Notes under the pieces: generated by a model
Seen by the model: only the letters and a program-made list of their open reading frames with translations
Database searches by the model: none
What the model was told of the DNA's origin: nothing
Position numbers and translations under genes: made by a program
Shown here: piece by piece, positions 51,006 to 64,000 of the stretch
How positions within the stretch are numbered: position 1 is the first letter of the stretch
Layout of the letters: the number at the start of each line of letters is the position of its first letter
NCBI GenBank assembly: GCA_964016885.1
Contig: OZ024744.1
Span: 50,158,001-50,222,000 of the forward strand
DNA: 64,000 nt
Reading direction: 5' to 3'
Source of the DNA: Eledone cirrhosa
Taxonomy: Eukaryota

Positions 51006-54000
51006 ATGGATGTGTTAAGAGTAGGATGTTTGAATGCACGTGGCCTGGGCTCAACTTGGAAGCAAGCAAAGCTTCTAAATGACCTCAGGTCATGTAGTAT
51101 AAATGTAATGGTTATCTGTGAGACTCGAATCAGCGTCGTGCGGCAGCTGGCCCCCACCTTCGATGACTTTGAGGTGCATGCATCTCTCTGTCAACCTGGA
51201 GGTGGGGGTGGGGTTGTCGTACTGCTGCAAAAACACCTGGGTCTTGCCGTACAGGTTGTGCACTCGGACCCGGAGGGTCGTTTGTTGGTGCTAGACGTTG
51301 GCAGTAGTGAAAGTGCGGCCTTGAGACTGGTCGCCGTCTACTCCCCTTTCGGAGCTGAACGGCCCGACTTCTTCCAGCGTTTGGAGACTTTTCTGGGAAC
51401 GTCGCGTTCCCTGCTTCTAGCGGGGGATTGGAATGACCTCCTGGATGCACGTTGGGACTATGCAGGAGCATTTCCTAATAGAGGGGGGTGTAACAGCCTC
51501 AAGGGGTTACTCGACCGTTTTAACTTGGTCGATAGATATCGACTAGATTTTCCAACTGTGCCTACCTGGACTTGGAGAAACCACAGTGGTCAATCTAGAT
51601 CGTACTTAGATAGATTCTTAGTTAGAAGTAAGGATAGGGACATATTAAGCTGTCCAGAAATGCGCACGGTTGGCTACACGGATCACAAATTAGTGACCTG
51701 CGTGGTCAATCTCGAGAAAACACATAGACAGGGTCCCGGTTACTGGAAACTTAATTTGTCTTTACCGGCAAAAGAGACTTACAGAAACCGGATTAGCAGA
51801 TTAGTTAAGGAGAGGTTGACGGGTGCAATCGTCAACAACCGATGGTGGGCATCTCTCAAAAGAGAGATTAGAACAGAATCAATAAGTTATAGCAAGATGT
51901 TAGCTGCCGATAGGAATAGAAACGAGAAAGAATTAACAGGTAAATTAGAAGAGGCAATCAAGAGCGAAGATGTAGCCAGAGTGCTGGCATCGAGGACGGC
52001 CTTGAACCAGTTTTTCGATGCAAAGCACGAAGGCTGCGTCATTCGAAGTAAAATACGTGCTCTAGGTAATGAGGGGGCCAAAGCCGTTGGATGGGCCCGC
52101 GTGACAGAAGCTAAGAGTGGAAATCGATCCACCATCCGGTCGTTGCAAGACGAAGATGGACGGGTGATCCGGGAGCCTAAGCAGATGTGCGAGGCCTTTC
52201 AAAGGCACTTTGCCCGATTGTTCGGGGGAGTCGAGGGTCCGGGCGGGGGCGTGGATTTCGGTCCATACCTCGACGGCCTGCCGCGTCTCTCGAGCGAAGA
52301 GGCAGAGTCCTGCGAGGGACCAATCTCGGCTGATGAGATCGGAGATGCGCTGAGCCAATGCAGCAGACGCAAATCTCCAGGTCTCGATGGTATACCTTAC
52401 GAACTTTATTTAGCAATGCCGGTCTTCTTCTCCGAACTCCTCGAAGCGGTCTACTGCAATTGGCAGCAGAACGGGAGAATTCCGTGTTCTGTAGCCAAGG
52501 GCGTAGTCACGCTGGTGAGGAAGGACGAGAACAAGGGGATAGTATAAATAATTTTCGGCCCATAACCCTGCTAAACACAGAGTTAAAGATTTTGGCCAAG
52601 GTGTTAGCAAAGAGGTTGGCGCTTGTCGTGGGTGGCCTGGTGGGAGATGCGCAGAAATGTGCTATCCCATCCAGGTCCATTCACGATAACCTCCACCTCA
52701 TGCGATACATCATAGAGAGGGTTGGCAACAAACCCGGCTTCGGTGGGGCCCTGATCAACTTGGATCAGTCTAAGGCCTTCGATAGGGTCGACCATGGTTA
52801 CCTGGATGCGGTGCTAGCGGCGGCTGGGTTCGGTCCTGTTTTCAGAGGCTGGATCACTGCCTTACATAGCAACCACATCTGTTTTAGGATCAAGGTGAAC
52901 GGCTACCTTTCGAAGCCGTTCGAAATCACACGATCCATTCGACAGGGGTGCCCTCTCTCCTCCCTTCTGTACGTATTGACTCTCGAGCCTTTACTGAGGA
53001 AGTTGGAGTTGTTGCAGGGTATCCCCCTGGAACCAGGATTGAGCAAAGCGGTGTCGGCCTACGCCGATGACGTAACAGTAATGGTATCGACCGACTCGGA
53101 GATCGAGGCGATCGGTACCTTACTGGAGGAGTACGAAAGGTTGTCAGGAGCGAAACTGAACCGGAAAAAATCCATCGGGCTGCAACTCGGAACGTGGAGA
53201 GGCAGACCGATGCCTCCTGACGGTGTCGTCGGACACTGGACGGAGGGCCCGGTAAAGTTGCTTGGGGTCTGGTTTGGACCGGACCTCCAGCTGGAAAAGA
53301 ACTGGAACGAGGTTACGAACAAGGTGTTTGCACTAACCCAGAAATGGGCCAAGTGTAAGCTGTCCCTAAAAGGCCGGGCGGAGGTGGCGAACATTTACAT
53401 AGCGTCCGTCACTTACTACCGCCTGACTGTCGTGCCTTGCCCTAAGGAAACACTCACCACCATGGAACGCATGCTCTTCCAATTTCTTTGGAAGAAGCGC
53501 CCTCCTATGGTGAGAAGATCCATCTGCTGCCAACAACCTTCGAAAGGAGGGCTGGGGATGCCGTGGTTGATGATGCGTAGGCACGCATTAAGGCTACGGC
53601 ACCTACAGGTATTCCTCACTGGTCAACCGGTGTGGGCTCCGTTCGTGAAACGAGCCTTTCCGAGACTCGTCTCGCTCACCGAGCTACAGTCCTGGGTCAA
53701 GCAAAGATCCGGAAAACTGGGAGACTGGCACACTGAGTGTGCTCAGGCGCTCAGGGCTCTCTGGCAAGCGGGCCAGGCCATCGGTGGAGAATCCACCTCA
53801 TCATTCTATAGAGGGCTGGTGGCTAGCAGGGGCGATGACACCCTTGGAGAGTCGTTGGACATGGAAGAAGACGAACTGGCCAGCCTGTTCGTAGGACTTT
53901 CGGCCCAGGACCAATGGACAACTTCCAGAAGTCACTGGCCTGGCAGTGCTACCGGGGCGCTCTACCCGTTCGAGAGAGGCTCTACAGACACGGGCGCCCG

Positions 54001-54441
54001 GGCAGGGATCGCTCAAAAAAGATTTGCCCTAGATGCGTGCGTCACGAAGAAACCGTTGCGCACGCATTGGTGCAATGTCCGGGCGTGGCTGATCTGTGGG
54101 GCTACGCCGAACGACTGCTGTCGCGGGTGGCGCCGATTAAATTGACCGCCGAGTCCGTGATGACAATCAAACCGCCTCCCCTCTTCACAAAGGAAGCAAA
54201 GGCGGTTTTTCTGTGCGTAATAGCCATGTTGAAAGAGGTTGTTTGGTGGACACGATTGAAAGGTCTGAGGTCAGGCAACTTCCTCTCTGGCCATAGTCTG
54301 GTCTACTTCTTCCGATATCACTTCGGAAGAAGGATAAGAATGGAGAGAGAGGTGCTTGGCCACAGGCAGTTTTATGAAAGGTGGGTGATAGTAGCGAGAA
54401 TGGCTCGTGTAAATGGGCCTTCTCTGTATACCATCCTGTAG
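51006..54441 (+). pseudogene. Tx1 ORF2 (APE-RT-zf) with two frameshifts
   Basis: ORFs 51006-52547, 52358-54145 and 53914-54441, with shifts near 52540 and 53890. YADD and APE motifs intact. Confidence 0.9.
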
Positions 54442-54868
54442 GTAAAGAAGTAAAGGAGAGGGGAGCACCTTCTCCATGTGCTCCCCGGGCAAAGGATTGC
54501 ACACTCTTTCGGGGGTGTGTGCAACCCCCATCACGTCCCCTCCCTTTTGAGGTTATTTTCGATTATTTTCATGTTACACCCTTTTTACTCGATTATATGT
54601 AAACTCCCCCCTTTGTATTTGTCCCTTCTTTTTATGCCTTTATGGTAAATAAAGAAATCTATCTATCTATATATATATAGGAAAATTACCCCGACAGCAG
54701 AGCTCGAGCCGTTTGACGAGTACAGACATGTACGTATGCGTTATATTTGAATTATTGATGTTTCGGGCGGTTTTTACAAACGAATCCAATATTTTCAATA
54801 TTTCATATAACCCACATGTACATAACCCACATATATTATATATATATATATATGTGTGTGTATATATA

Positions 54869-54946
<78 letters not shown>

Positions 54947-54949
<3 letters not shown>

Positions 54950-55124
54950 GTAGAACACTGGAAGGTAATATCCGTAGTGGTAGAGCACTCAGTCCATGGG
55001 ACGAGTTAGGTAGAAGTTGTTACACAACAGTTAGTTCACCATACCGAGAACAATTGTTTCACCTTAGCGGATCCTCACGAGCTGAGGATCCGCTAAGATG
55101 AAACAACTGTGTGTAACCACTTCT
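54947..55124. repeat. Short nested-palindrome insert with split hammerhead, between (TA)n tracts
   Basis: Inner arms 55050-55077 / 55083-55110; outer arms 55012-55032 / 55105-55124. The combined halves give cgag-CTGAGGA-tcc-gcta-agg-t-GAAA-c-aatt-g-TT-ctcg. Confidence 0.75.
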
Positions 55125-55189
55125 ATATATATATATATATATATATATATGGAATACTGTTGGCTTTTTGCTACAATATTTTCTATACC

Positions 55190-55229
<40 letters not shown>

Positions 55230-55231
<2 letters not shown>

Positions 55232-55600
55232 TCCAGATACATCAATTCTTCGTTTTACATAGTATATGAAGATTTCTAGGTGGTTCCACTCGTGAACAAC
55301 CTTCATATAGCTGTCCATGGGTAGAAAGTGATTCTCTCATAGTCAATTCCACAACTTTGAGACTTTGTGTCTGAGCTTCATTTATGGTCATAGCAAAATT
55401 GGCTCTAACTGGGAGCTGATGTCTTGAGAATTTGAACGGCAGCTCGATAGAGGAAGGTATAAATGGATTTTCTCTTTGATGACTGACTCCAAGAATAGTG
55501 ACTTCTAGGAGATGGTCCCTCAACCGCCAGACTGTAAAATGTGTGCCATTGCTTAGAAGTAGCGGGTGCACGTTACTCAAAACGATGATGGAAGTTCCAA
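55230..55600 (-). mobile_element. Helitron PIF1-like helicase C-terminal fragment
   Basis: ORF 55242-55580 reads LSNGT..PFKFSRHQLPVRANFAMTINEAQTQSL..HGQLYEGCSRV. Confidence 0.85.
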
Positions 55601-55630
55601 TATTTTATATTATATATAGATATATATAAT

Positions 55631-55826
<196 letters not shown>

Positions 55827-56184
55827 TGTGCGTATATGTGCGTGAGTGTGTAAACCAGCGTCCAGAGTCGTGTTTAATTCTTTGTGTATATGATTATGCG
55901 TTTACGTGAAGATGTGTATGTATGTAAATTACTAAGGCGCAATGTACGTAACGAACGTGCAAACACACACACATTCACAGACGCATACACACTCATATAC
56001 AAAATGTGATGTTGTGTTATCAAATATCCATTTAATTATAGTTGTCTATAGTAGATTATTTTATACAAAGTGTTATATTGTTTTAATCCAAATAAAAGTT
56101 ATATGTTGTTACGCCCAGGGTCTAAATTTTTGTCGAGCCGTTTGGGATTGCATATAGAAAAGACAGACAGACAAAACGATAAGT

Positions 56185-56313
<129 letters not shown>

Positions 56314-56357
56314 ATATATAATATAAGATCAAAAGATGGTTAAAAGAGTTCCAAGTA

Positions 56358-56424
56358 TTTTATTATGCGCATTTCAAAAACAAATATCATCATGGGATGA
56401 TATTTGCGTACTCATCAGATAAAA
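56358..56424 (-). ncRNA. Type I hammerhead ribozyme in a ~165 bp insert between (TA)n tracts
   Basis: ttttat-CTGATGA-gtacg-caaatatcatc-ccat-gatgatatttg-ttttt-GAAA-t-gcgc-a-TA-ataaaa. Confidence 0.78.
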
Positions 56425-56491
56425 TAGGGAAAATAGGGAAGCATGATATGAAGCTTAAAAACACTTGTGAGCAGTGAAGTTTTAAATCAAC

Positions 56492-56798
56492 ATATATATA
56501 TATATAAACAATAAGTTATATATATATATATACACAATATATATATTTATACAAATAATTATATGTATATACATATAAATAGTTATATATATATGTGTGT
56601 ATGTATGTATATATATATATATACATATGTATATATATACATATGTATATATATTTATATATATATATATATATATAAACAATAAGTTATATATATATAC
56701 ACAATATATATATTTATACAAATAATTATATGTATATACATATAAATAGTTATATATATATGTTTGTATGTATGTATATATATATACATATGTATATA

Positions 56799-56870
<72 letters not shown>

Positions 56871-56975
56871 ATATATATGTATTTATACAAATAAATATAT
56901 ACGCACACACACACACATATACACGCACACACACACATATATATATATATACATATATATATATAAACAATAAGT

Positions 56976-57007
<32 letters not shown>

Positions 57008-57150
57008 CACACATACAATATATATATTTATACATATAAATATATACATATACACACACACACATATATATATATATATCTGTATGTATGTATGTATGTA
57101 TGTATGTATGTATGTATGTATGATGTATGTATATATATATTATATATATA
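56492..57150. repeat. Higher-order TA-rich compound repeat
   Basis: Marker aaacaataagtt recurs at ~56506, 56677 and 56965 with shared downstream TA/CA patterns. Confidence 0.75.
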
Positions 57151-57459
57151 TACTGCATTACGTATATATGCACATGTAATATGAAAACATTCTTACCTGT
57201 CGTTTCTTAATTAAAGGTAAATACACACATACACACACATATATGTATACCATATAATTGCAGGTTTTTATTCGCCTGTGTATAAAGCAAAAGTATTTGT
57301 GTGAATGACGCTTAAAAATGTGACAAAGGTTTTTTATCATGTTGGTAGTGTTGGTGGGGATGGTGGTAGTTTAATAGATACTCTAACCGTGACTGTTTTT
57401 TGTTTTTTTTGTTTTTGACTGATTGAAGATCTATATATGTATAAGACTACCTGGCAGTT

Positions 57460-57774
<315 letters not shown>

Positions 57775-57819
57775 TAAATCTACCAAAATATACGGTAGTG
57801 TCCAACACACATATATATG

Positions 57820-57867
<48 letters not shown>

Positions 57868-57912
57868 CATATATATAAATAGGTATATAATATATATATA
57901 TATACATATTTA

Positions 57913-57962
<50 letters not shown>

Positions 57963-58074
57963 TATACACACACACACGCACACACACACATACACTCAGT
58001 GGGAATTTTTCCAGTTTACCTGACTGGATATAAGTTAGACATGTATACTCACATCCACTCACACGCGCGCGCGT

Positions 58075-58110
<36 letters not shown>

Positions 58111-58387
58111 GCATACATACTCATATATACATACATACATACAAACATTCATACATACATGTATATACAGGTTACTACCGTCTCAATAACCCTGTTCTCC
58201 CAACTTGTCATGTAAGGCCTCTAGTCGACTGGCCTGATATATCAGCGTGTGTGTATGTGTGAGTGAGTGTATGTGTCTATTTTTTTAATCAACATTATAG
58301 CTACCTGTAATTATATGTAACTTTCTTTCCTCCTCCCTCTCTCTCTTTCTCTCTGTAAACACGCACACCGCACACACGCACACGCCC

Positions 58388-58534
<147 letters not shown>

Positions 58535-58572
58535 ATGATCAGAGCAAACATGGACACTCTATCTCAAAATTA

Positions 58573-58609
58573 TTTTTGAAAAGCATTTAGAAATGCGCAA
58601 CCGGTAAAA
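58573..58609 (+). ncRNA. Degenerate U3-A8 hammerhead variant
   Basis: TTGAAAA-gcat-ttagaa-atgc-GcAA-ccgg-TA, same architecture as 9416-9453. The insert lies between (TA)n tracts. Confidence 0.5.
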
Positions 58610-59120
58610 ACTTAAAAACTTAAAACCACAACTGAATACTAACCCATACAATCACTAATATTCTTTTATTCCTAATTAAACCATTTTTCAACTGTGAACA
58701 ATTTGTCAGCATTTTCTATTCCGTTTACCAATATATAATGGAATATATATATATATATATATATATATAGTAGAATAATCGAGAATCGGATAGATAGATA
58801 CACACACATACATTTACATATCATTTAACATCCGATCTAGTTCAAGCTAGTAAGTCAGTACTTACTCAGAGTTATTGACCTCTCTGACAGGCTAGGGAGT
58901 GGAATTCCATACTTTGTCTCCGTTTTACAGAGTGTACTAGGTGCATTTTTTTCGTGTCACTAACACTAATGAGGTTGTCTTGTGTTTGGCAGACACATGA
59001 ACACTAGACTGATACATACTTATCAAACTCACACACATTTCTGACGTGCTACGAGAAATGGGGGGGGGGGGAATAAAAGGAAACATCTTTCTAAGATATG
59101 TAAGTGTATGTATGTATGTG

Positions 59121-59175
<55 letters not shown>

Positions 59176-59437
59176 TGAGACAGAGAGAGGGAGAGAGAGA
59201 TGGCTTCTACAACACTAGAACTGTTTCATGCGGATGAAATGATTTATATAATAAGAAAATGCGAAGTAGTTTCAGATGTTTTTTTTTTATTGATATACAG
59301 TGGTGACGCGACGCCGCCTAACCAGTGCCATGAACTATTCATACAGCTTCTTTCATAATGAGGTTACTTTCATAATGAGGTTACAAATTAAAACAAAGGG
59401 AACGGACAAAGATGATGAAGCCTTCACCCATTCCCTT

Positions 59438-61919
59438 CATCATCATCATCATCATCACCGTTTTACGTCCGTTCTTCCACGCTAGCATGGGTTAGACTGG
59501 TTGTCCTGTTGTAGCAGTGTCCAGTTGGCTGACCATGCCTTGCTCATACAGGAACTGATTCTGGCTTGATTTCTACAGCTGGATGCCCTTCCTGACACCA
59601 ACCTCATTTACAGTGAGTGCTGGGTGCTTTTTCGTGGCACCTACACGTCCACTTTACAGTGTGGGCTGGGTGCTTTTTAGCCATAGCACATCCACGACCA
59701 CTTTGCAGTGGGGGGTGTGGGGGCATATTGTCTATATGCTTCAGCTTCAGCTTGTACCCATGGGAGATCGGGTACTCTGTATTACTGCGTGACGCCAGAG
59801 GTCACGGTCGTGTGTCATCGCCTTTGAGAGGTGTAATTGGGTAAGGTCGGCTTTTATCACCTCACCCCAGGTCTTGTTGGGTCTCCCCACTCCGCGGCTT
59901 CCATCGACTTCTAGTGCTCTGCACCTTTTTATGCAGCTGTCATCCTTCATATGCATCACATGTCCATACCAATGCAACCGCCTCTACTGCACACAGCATT
60001 TGATTCTTCTTATGCTCAGTCTCTCTCTCAATTCGTTTATGCTTTGCCATTCGCGTATATTACTATTACACATCCATCGGAGCATGCAAGCTTCGTTTCT
60101 TTCTAATCTACGTAAGTCTTCTACAGACAGCGCCCAGGTCCCACTACCATGTAACATTGTTGTTTGTATGCACACATCATATAGTCTGCCTTTCATTTTG
60201 AGGGAATAGCCTTTTGCAGCTAGCAGTGGCAGTAGCTCCCTGAACTTCTTCCATCCCGTTCTTACCCTAGTTATTGCACTCTCCGAACACCGACCTCTGC
60301 TGCTAATTCGGTCACCCAGATAGCAGAAGCTGTTCTACAGAGCCCTCCCAGAGTTTATAGATGCTTGTTTCTTGTGGCCACTTGCTGCTTGCTGTCCCAG
60401 CGCAGCTGCTACACGTGAAGCCTACATTCTTAGTTAAGCTTTCTGAGATCCCACTACATCTCTTGTGTACCCATTGTTTGCAATTGGGGCAGAGGATGGA
60501 GTTCCTACCTACACCTTTCCTACATACTGAGCAAGGCCATTTCCCTGAGGGCATCTCGATTCTGTTTCCTCATCTAATTACGAGGACCGTAATCTTTGTC
60601 AGGTTGACAAAGTCCCTGCTTCCATGTTTGGAATTTCTTCTCTAGTTCCATCATAGATTCAGCTATAAGTGTGAGATCATCTGCATATAGGAGTTCCCAT
60701 GGGCATTCAGTCTTAAACTCTGCCATTATTGCCTGCAAACTATAATGAACATGGCTTGTACAGCTTTCACAAGCCATTCATCTACTCCTAATTTTCTAAG
60801 AGCCCACCAGATTATAGCATGGGGGACTCTGTCGAAGGCTTTTTCCAGATCGACGAATGCCAGGTCGAGCGGCTTACTTTTAGCTCGGTACTTTTTCTGT
60901 AACTGCCTCACTAGGAAGAGGGCATCAGTGGTGCTTTTCCTGGTACAAACCCAAATTGCATCTCATCTAGTTTTACCCGGACCCTAATCAATTGTGCTAT
61001 AACTCTTTCCGTTACTTTCATGACCTTTCTTCTATCTAGTGCATCACCTTTACCCTTGTAGCAGTTGTCAATGATGCTGCTGCACCAATCTTTTGGTATG
61101 ACACCTTCTAGTATTACCTGGTTAACAATACGTGTGGTTATAGTGTGACCTACAGACCCAGATGCCTTTAGCATCTCGGCAGCTATACCCGATGGACCGG
61201 TGGCCTTCCCTGTCTTTATATCTTTGATTGCCTTACTTACTATGCTGTTGCTGACTTGTACTGCTAGCCCCTCTACAGGGTCCACTTGGGGTAGGGTCTC
61301 TTCTCCCCATGCATTCTCCTCATTTAGTAATCTATCATAATGACTCTTCCATGCATCTTTCTTCTCAGCACTTGTGAGGGCAAGCTCAGCTTTATCATTC
61401 CGGATACACTTCTCTCCAATGACATCACAATTCTCTCTGACACACTCGCAATTTTGAACACCTCCTGTTTCTGGTTCTCACGTTGCAAAACATGCTTGAA
61501 TTTTCTATCCTCCGCTTCCCTTCTAGCTAAGTATACTTGTCGCCTTGCTTCCCTCCTGGTCTCTATGTAATCTACCCTGCTTCCCCCGTTCTTCTATTCT
61601 TTCCATGCCTGTCACGTAGCCTTAACTGCCTCATCTACCTTATTATTCCACCACCAAGTCACTCTCCTCTTGCCCGTGGTCTTACTCCAACCACAGATCT
61701 CGTCCGTCGCCTTTAGTAAGTTAATTTTTAGGAACTCCCAGTGCTCTTCTACATTGAATGTATCTATCTGTTCTTCTATACTGTCATAGGCGTCAAGTAA
61801 AATATCTTTACTGGCTGAGGGGTCTTTCAGCTTCCAAATCTTTCTTCTCCAGGTTGCCTTCTGTTTCCAAGTTCGTCTAGTTCTGGCAGTGAGGTCGCTG
61901 ACAACTAAGTTATGTTGGG

Positions 61920-61921
<2 letters not shown>
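59438..61921 (-). mobile_element. RTE-clade LINE, second decayed copy (same family as 1-2395)
   Basis: Reverse-complement homology across the whole first copy. Includes the APE end (SQHNLVVSDL), LLYADD, the PHD finger and the (GAT)n tail. An internal deletion lies near 60740. Confidence 0.92.
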
Positions 61922-61996
<75 letters not shown>

Positions 61997-62088
61997 AATA
62001 TATTATATATATTATGGAATACTGTTGGCTTCTTGCTACAATATTTTCTATACTTTTCATTTATATATTTAAATATATATATATAACC

Positions 62089-62656
62089 CTTGCTAGCAGG
62101 AAAAGCAGCTGTTAAATGATGATGATGATAATATATATGTATGCATATACACATACATATAAATCAGAAAAGTCAACAAGGAAAAGAATCACAGGAAAAC
62201 AACACAATGCAATGCTGATATATTATATATACCCCCCCCCCCCCCACACACACACACACACACACATACATAACTATATATATTGGACTGTAACATACAT
62301 TCCTGCCGTTGTTATAAAACTTCTTAATAAGGAAACGGCGGGAATTTATGTTACAATCCAATACATACATAGTTTACAAACAAACACATCATCAAAAAAA
62401 AAATATATATATATATATATCATCATTTTACGTCCTCTTTTCCATGCTTGCAAGAGAAAATGCCAAGGTAGATAATATATATATCATTTACATTCTGGAT
62501 ATTGCTCACTGTTCCTACTCATGTAATCTGCAAATCTCAGAGTAGCAACAGAGGGTAAATCTCAGTAAGATTATGAATATTCTATACAAATATAATATAT
62601 TACTTACATTTTAAACACACCTGAATTCCCGAGTTCCTAAATGTACATCTGTTCTC

Positions 62657-62726
<70 letters not shown>

Positions 62727-62736
62727 TATATATAAA

Positions 62737-62808
<72 letters not shown>

Positions 62809-63297
62809 GATATTAATGAATTACCAAATTAAATATCCCTTTTGCTTATATATATATGTATGTATGCATGTATGTGTGTGTGTATATATATATGTATGTA
62901 TGTGTGTGAATATATATATATATTTATATATATGTGTGTGTGTGTGAGTGTGTGTGTGTGTGTGTGATACTGGCCACTGGTCTGTGCAAGAGGTTAGTAG
63001 CCCTGTGAATGCAGACAGTCAATGAAGACCAGTCAAACCCTTCATAACAAGGAAAACAAACTTCAATGATGATAATAGTAGTGATATATGTATGTATATA
63101 TATATATAATCATGTACATATATATATATATACATATATATATAGATAGATATGTATGTAGATATGTTTACTTGTGTATATGTTTTGGATAAGAAGAGGT
63201 GAGTTACAAACTTTTAAATATAGATCAACTGTGTGTGTGTGTAAGCATGTATGTGTCTCTGTTTCTCACTCCCTCTCTCTCTCTTTCTCACTCTCTC

Positions 63298-63333
<36 letters not shown>

Positions 63334-63850
63334 GTTTAATGTCTATCTTCCAAGCTAGCATGGGTAAATTTATAAGTGTGTTTTTGTATTTGCTTAGTTT
63401 CAAATCGTATATTTCAACTCTTAAGCCTGTTTAAAACACTTCTGTATTCTACTTAAGTCTGTCCTGCTTAGTTTACAACCATTATACATACATACCTACT
63501 TACATACATACACACACATACACACACACAAATACACACACACACACACATATCTGTGTGTATGTGTATGTATCATCATCATCATCACTTTACGTCCACT
63601 TTTCCCTGCTTGCATATATATATGTATATATATATACATGTATACAAATATATATTACCATTGTCCACCAGTTAACAACTGCTGAAAAAACAGGATGTGA
63701 GTGTGTGTAGATATATATATAATTTACTCATATATTTACTGATATATTTACTGATACATATATATATATATCAGTAAATATATATATATATCATCATCAT
63801 CATCATCATCGTTTAACGTCCATCTTCCACGCTAGCATGGGTTTGGACGG
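62089..63850. repeat. Cluster of RTE-type 3' tail stubs among microsatellites
   Basis: (CAT)n-cgtttaacgtcc..ttccacgctagcatggg variants at ~62089 (+), 62420, 63300, 63573 and 63792 (-). Confidence 0.7.
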
Positions 63851-64000
63851 TATATATATATATGTATGTATACTGATACATATATATATATATGTATAAT
63901 TTGGATTGTCGTGGATTATGTGAAAGGCATATAATCGAAATATACACTCCCTTGACCATGAAAATGCCGAAGTACATGAATTACTTGACATCCCTGCGCT

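Larger units (their letters stand above)
48846..54659 (+). mobile_element. Full-length Tx1-clade retrotransposon flanked by (ATCT)n/(TA)n
   Basis: ORF1 and ORF2 are homologous to the 24.7-30.7 kb element. The 3' end reads aataaagaaatc-tatctatctat. (TATC)n lies upstream at 48772-48810. Confidence 0.9.

Noticed and set aside
54700-54745. Degenerate hammerhead ttgacga-gtaca/tgtac-gtatgcg (and another at ~10486-10520)
   Set aside because: The GAAA or CTGA core is mutated and no stem I is present, so they were not counted.

Overview
Eukaryotic, gene-free, microsatellite-rich DNA built almost entirely of transposable elements. The (TA)n/(CA)n/(TAA)n density and the SINE/RTE types look cephalopod (octopus-like), which is an inference only. 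No host protein-coding gene is recognisable. Contents: two decayed RTE LINEs with a PHD finger inserted in the RT; a Vingi/Ingi-like LINE; CR1 and Helitron fragments; tRNA-derived SINEs; a non-coding LTR element with a tRNA-Trp PBS; a ~20 kb (TAA)n-hosted array (17-37 kb) of nine same-orientation R4/Dong-type RLE LINE pieces interleaved with Tx1-clade elements; a second near-intact Tx1 flanked by (ATCT)n; and a Neptune-like Penelope element with pLTRs. The most striking pattern is about 15 short, mutually unrelated, mostly non-coding inserts, mostly in or beside (TA)n tracts, that carry minimal type I hammerhead ribozyme folds. These include U3-A8 core variants and long-stem-II variants. Many sit inside long foldback palindromes (arms up to 194 bp) and are best read as a diverse population of Penelope pLTR-derived or retrozyme-like elements. 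Coordinates of decayed elements are approximate.
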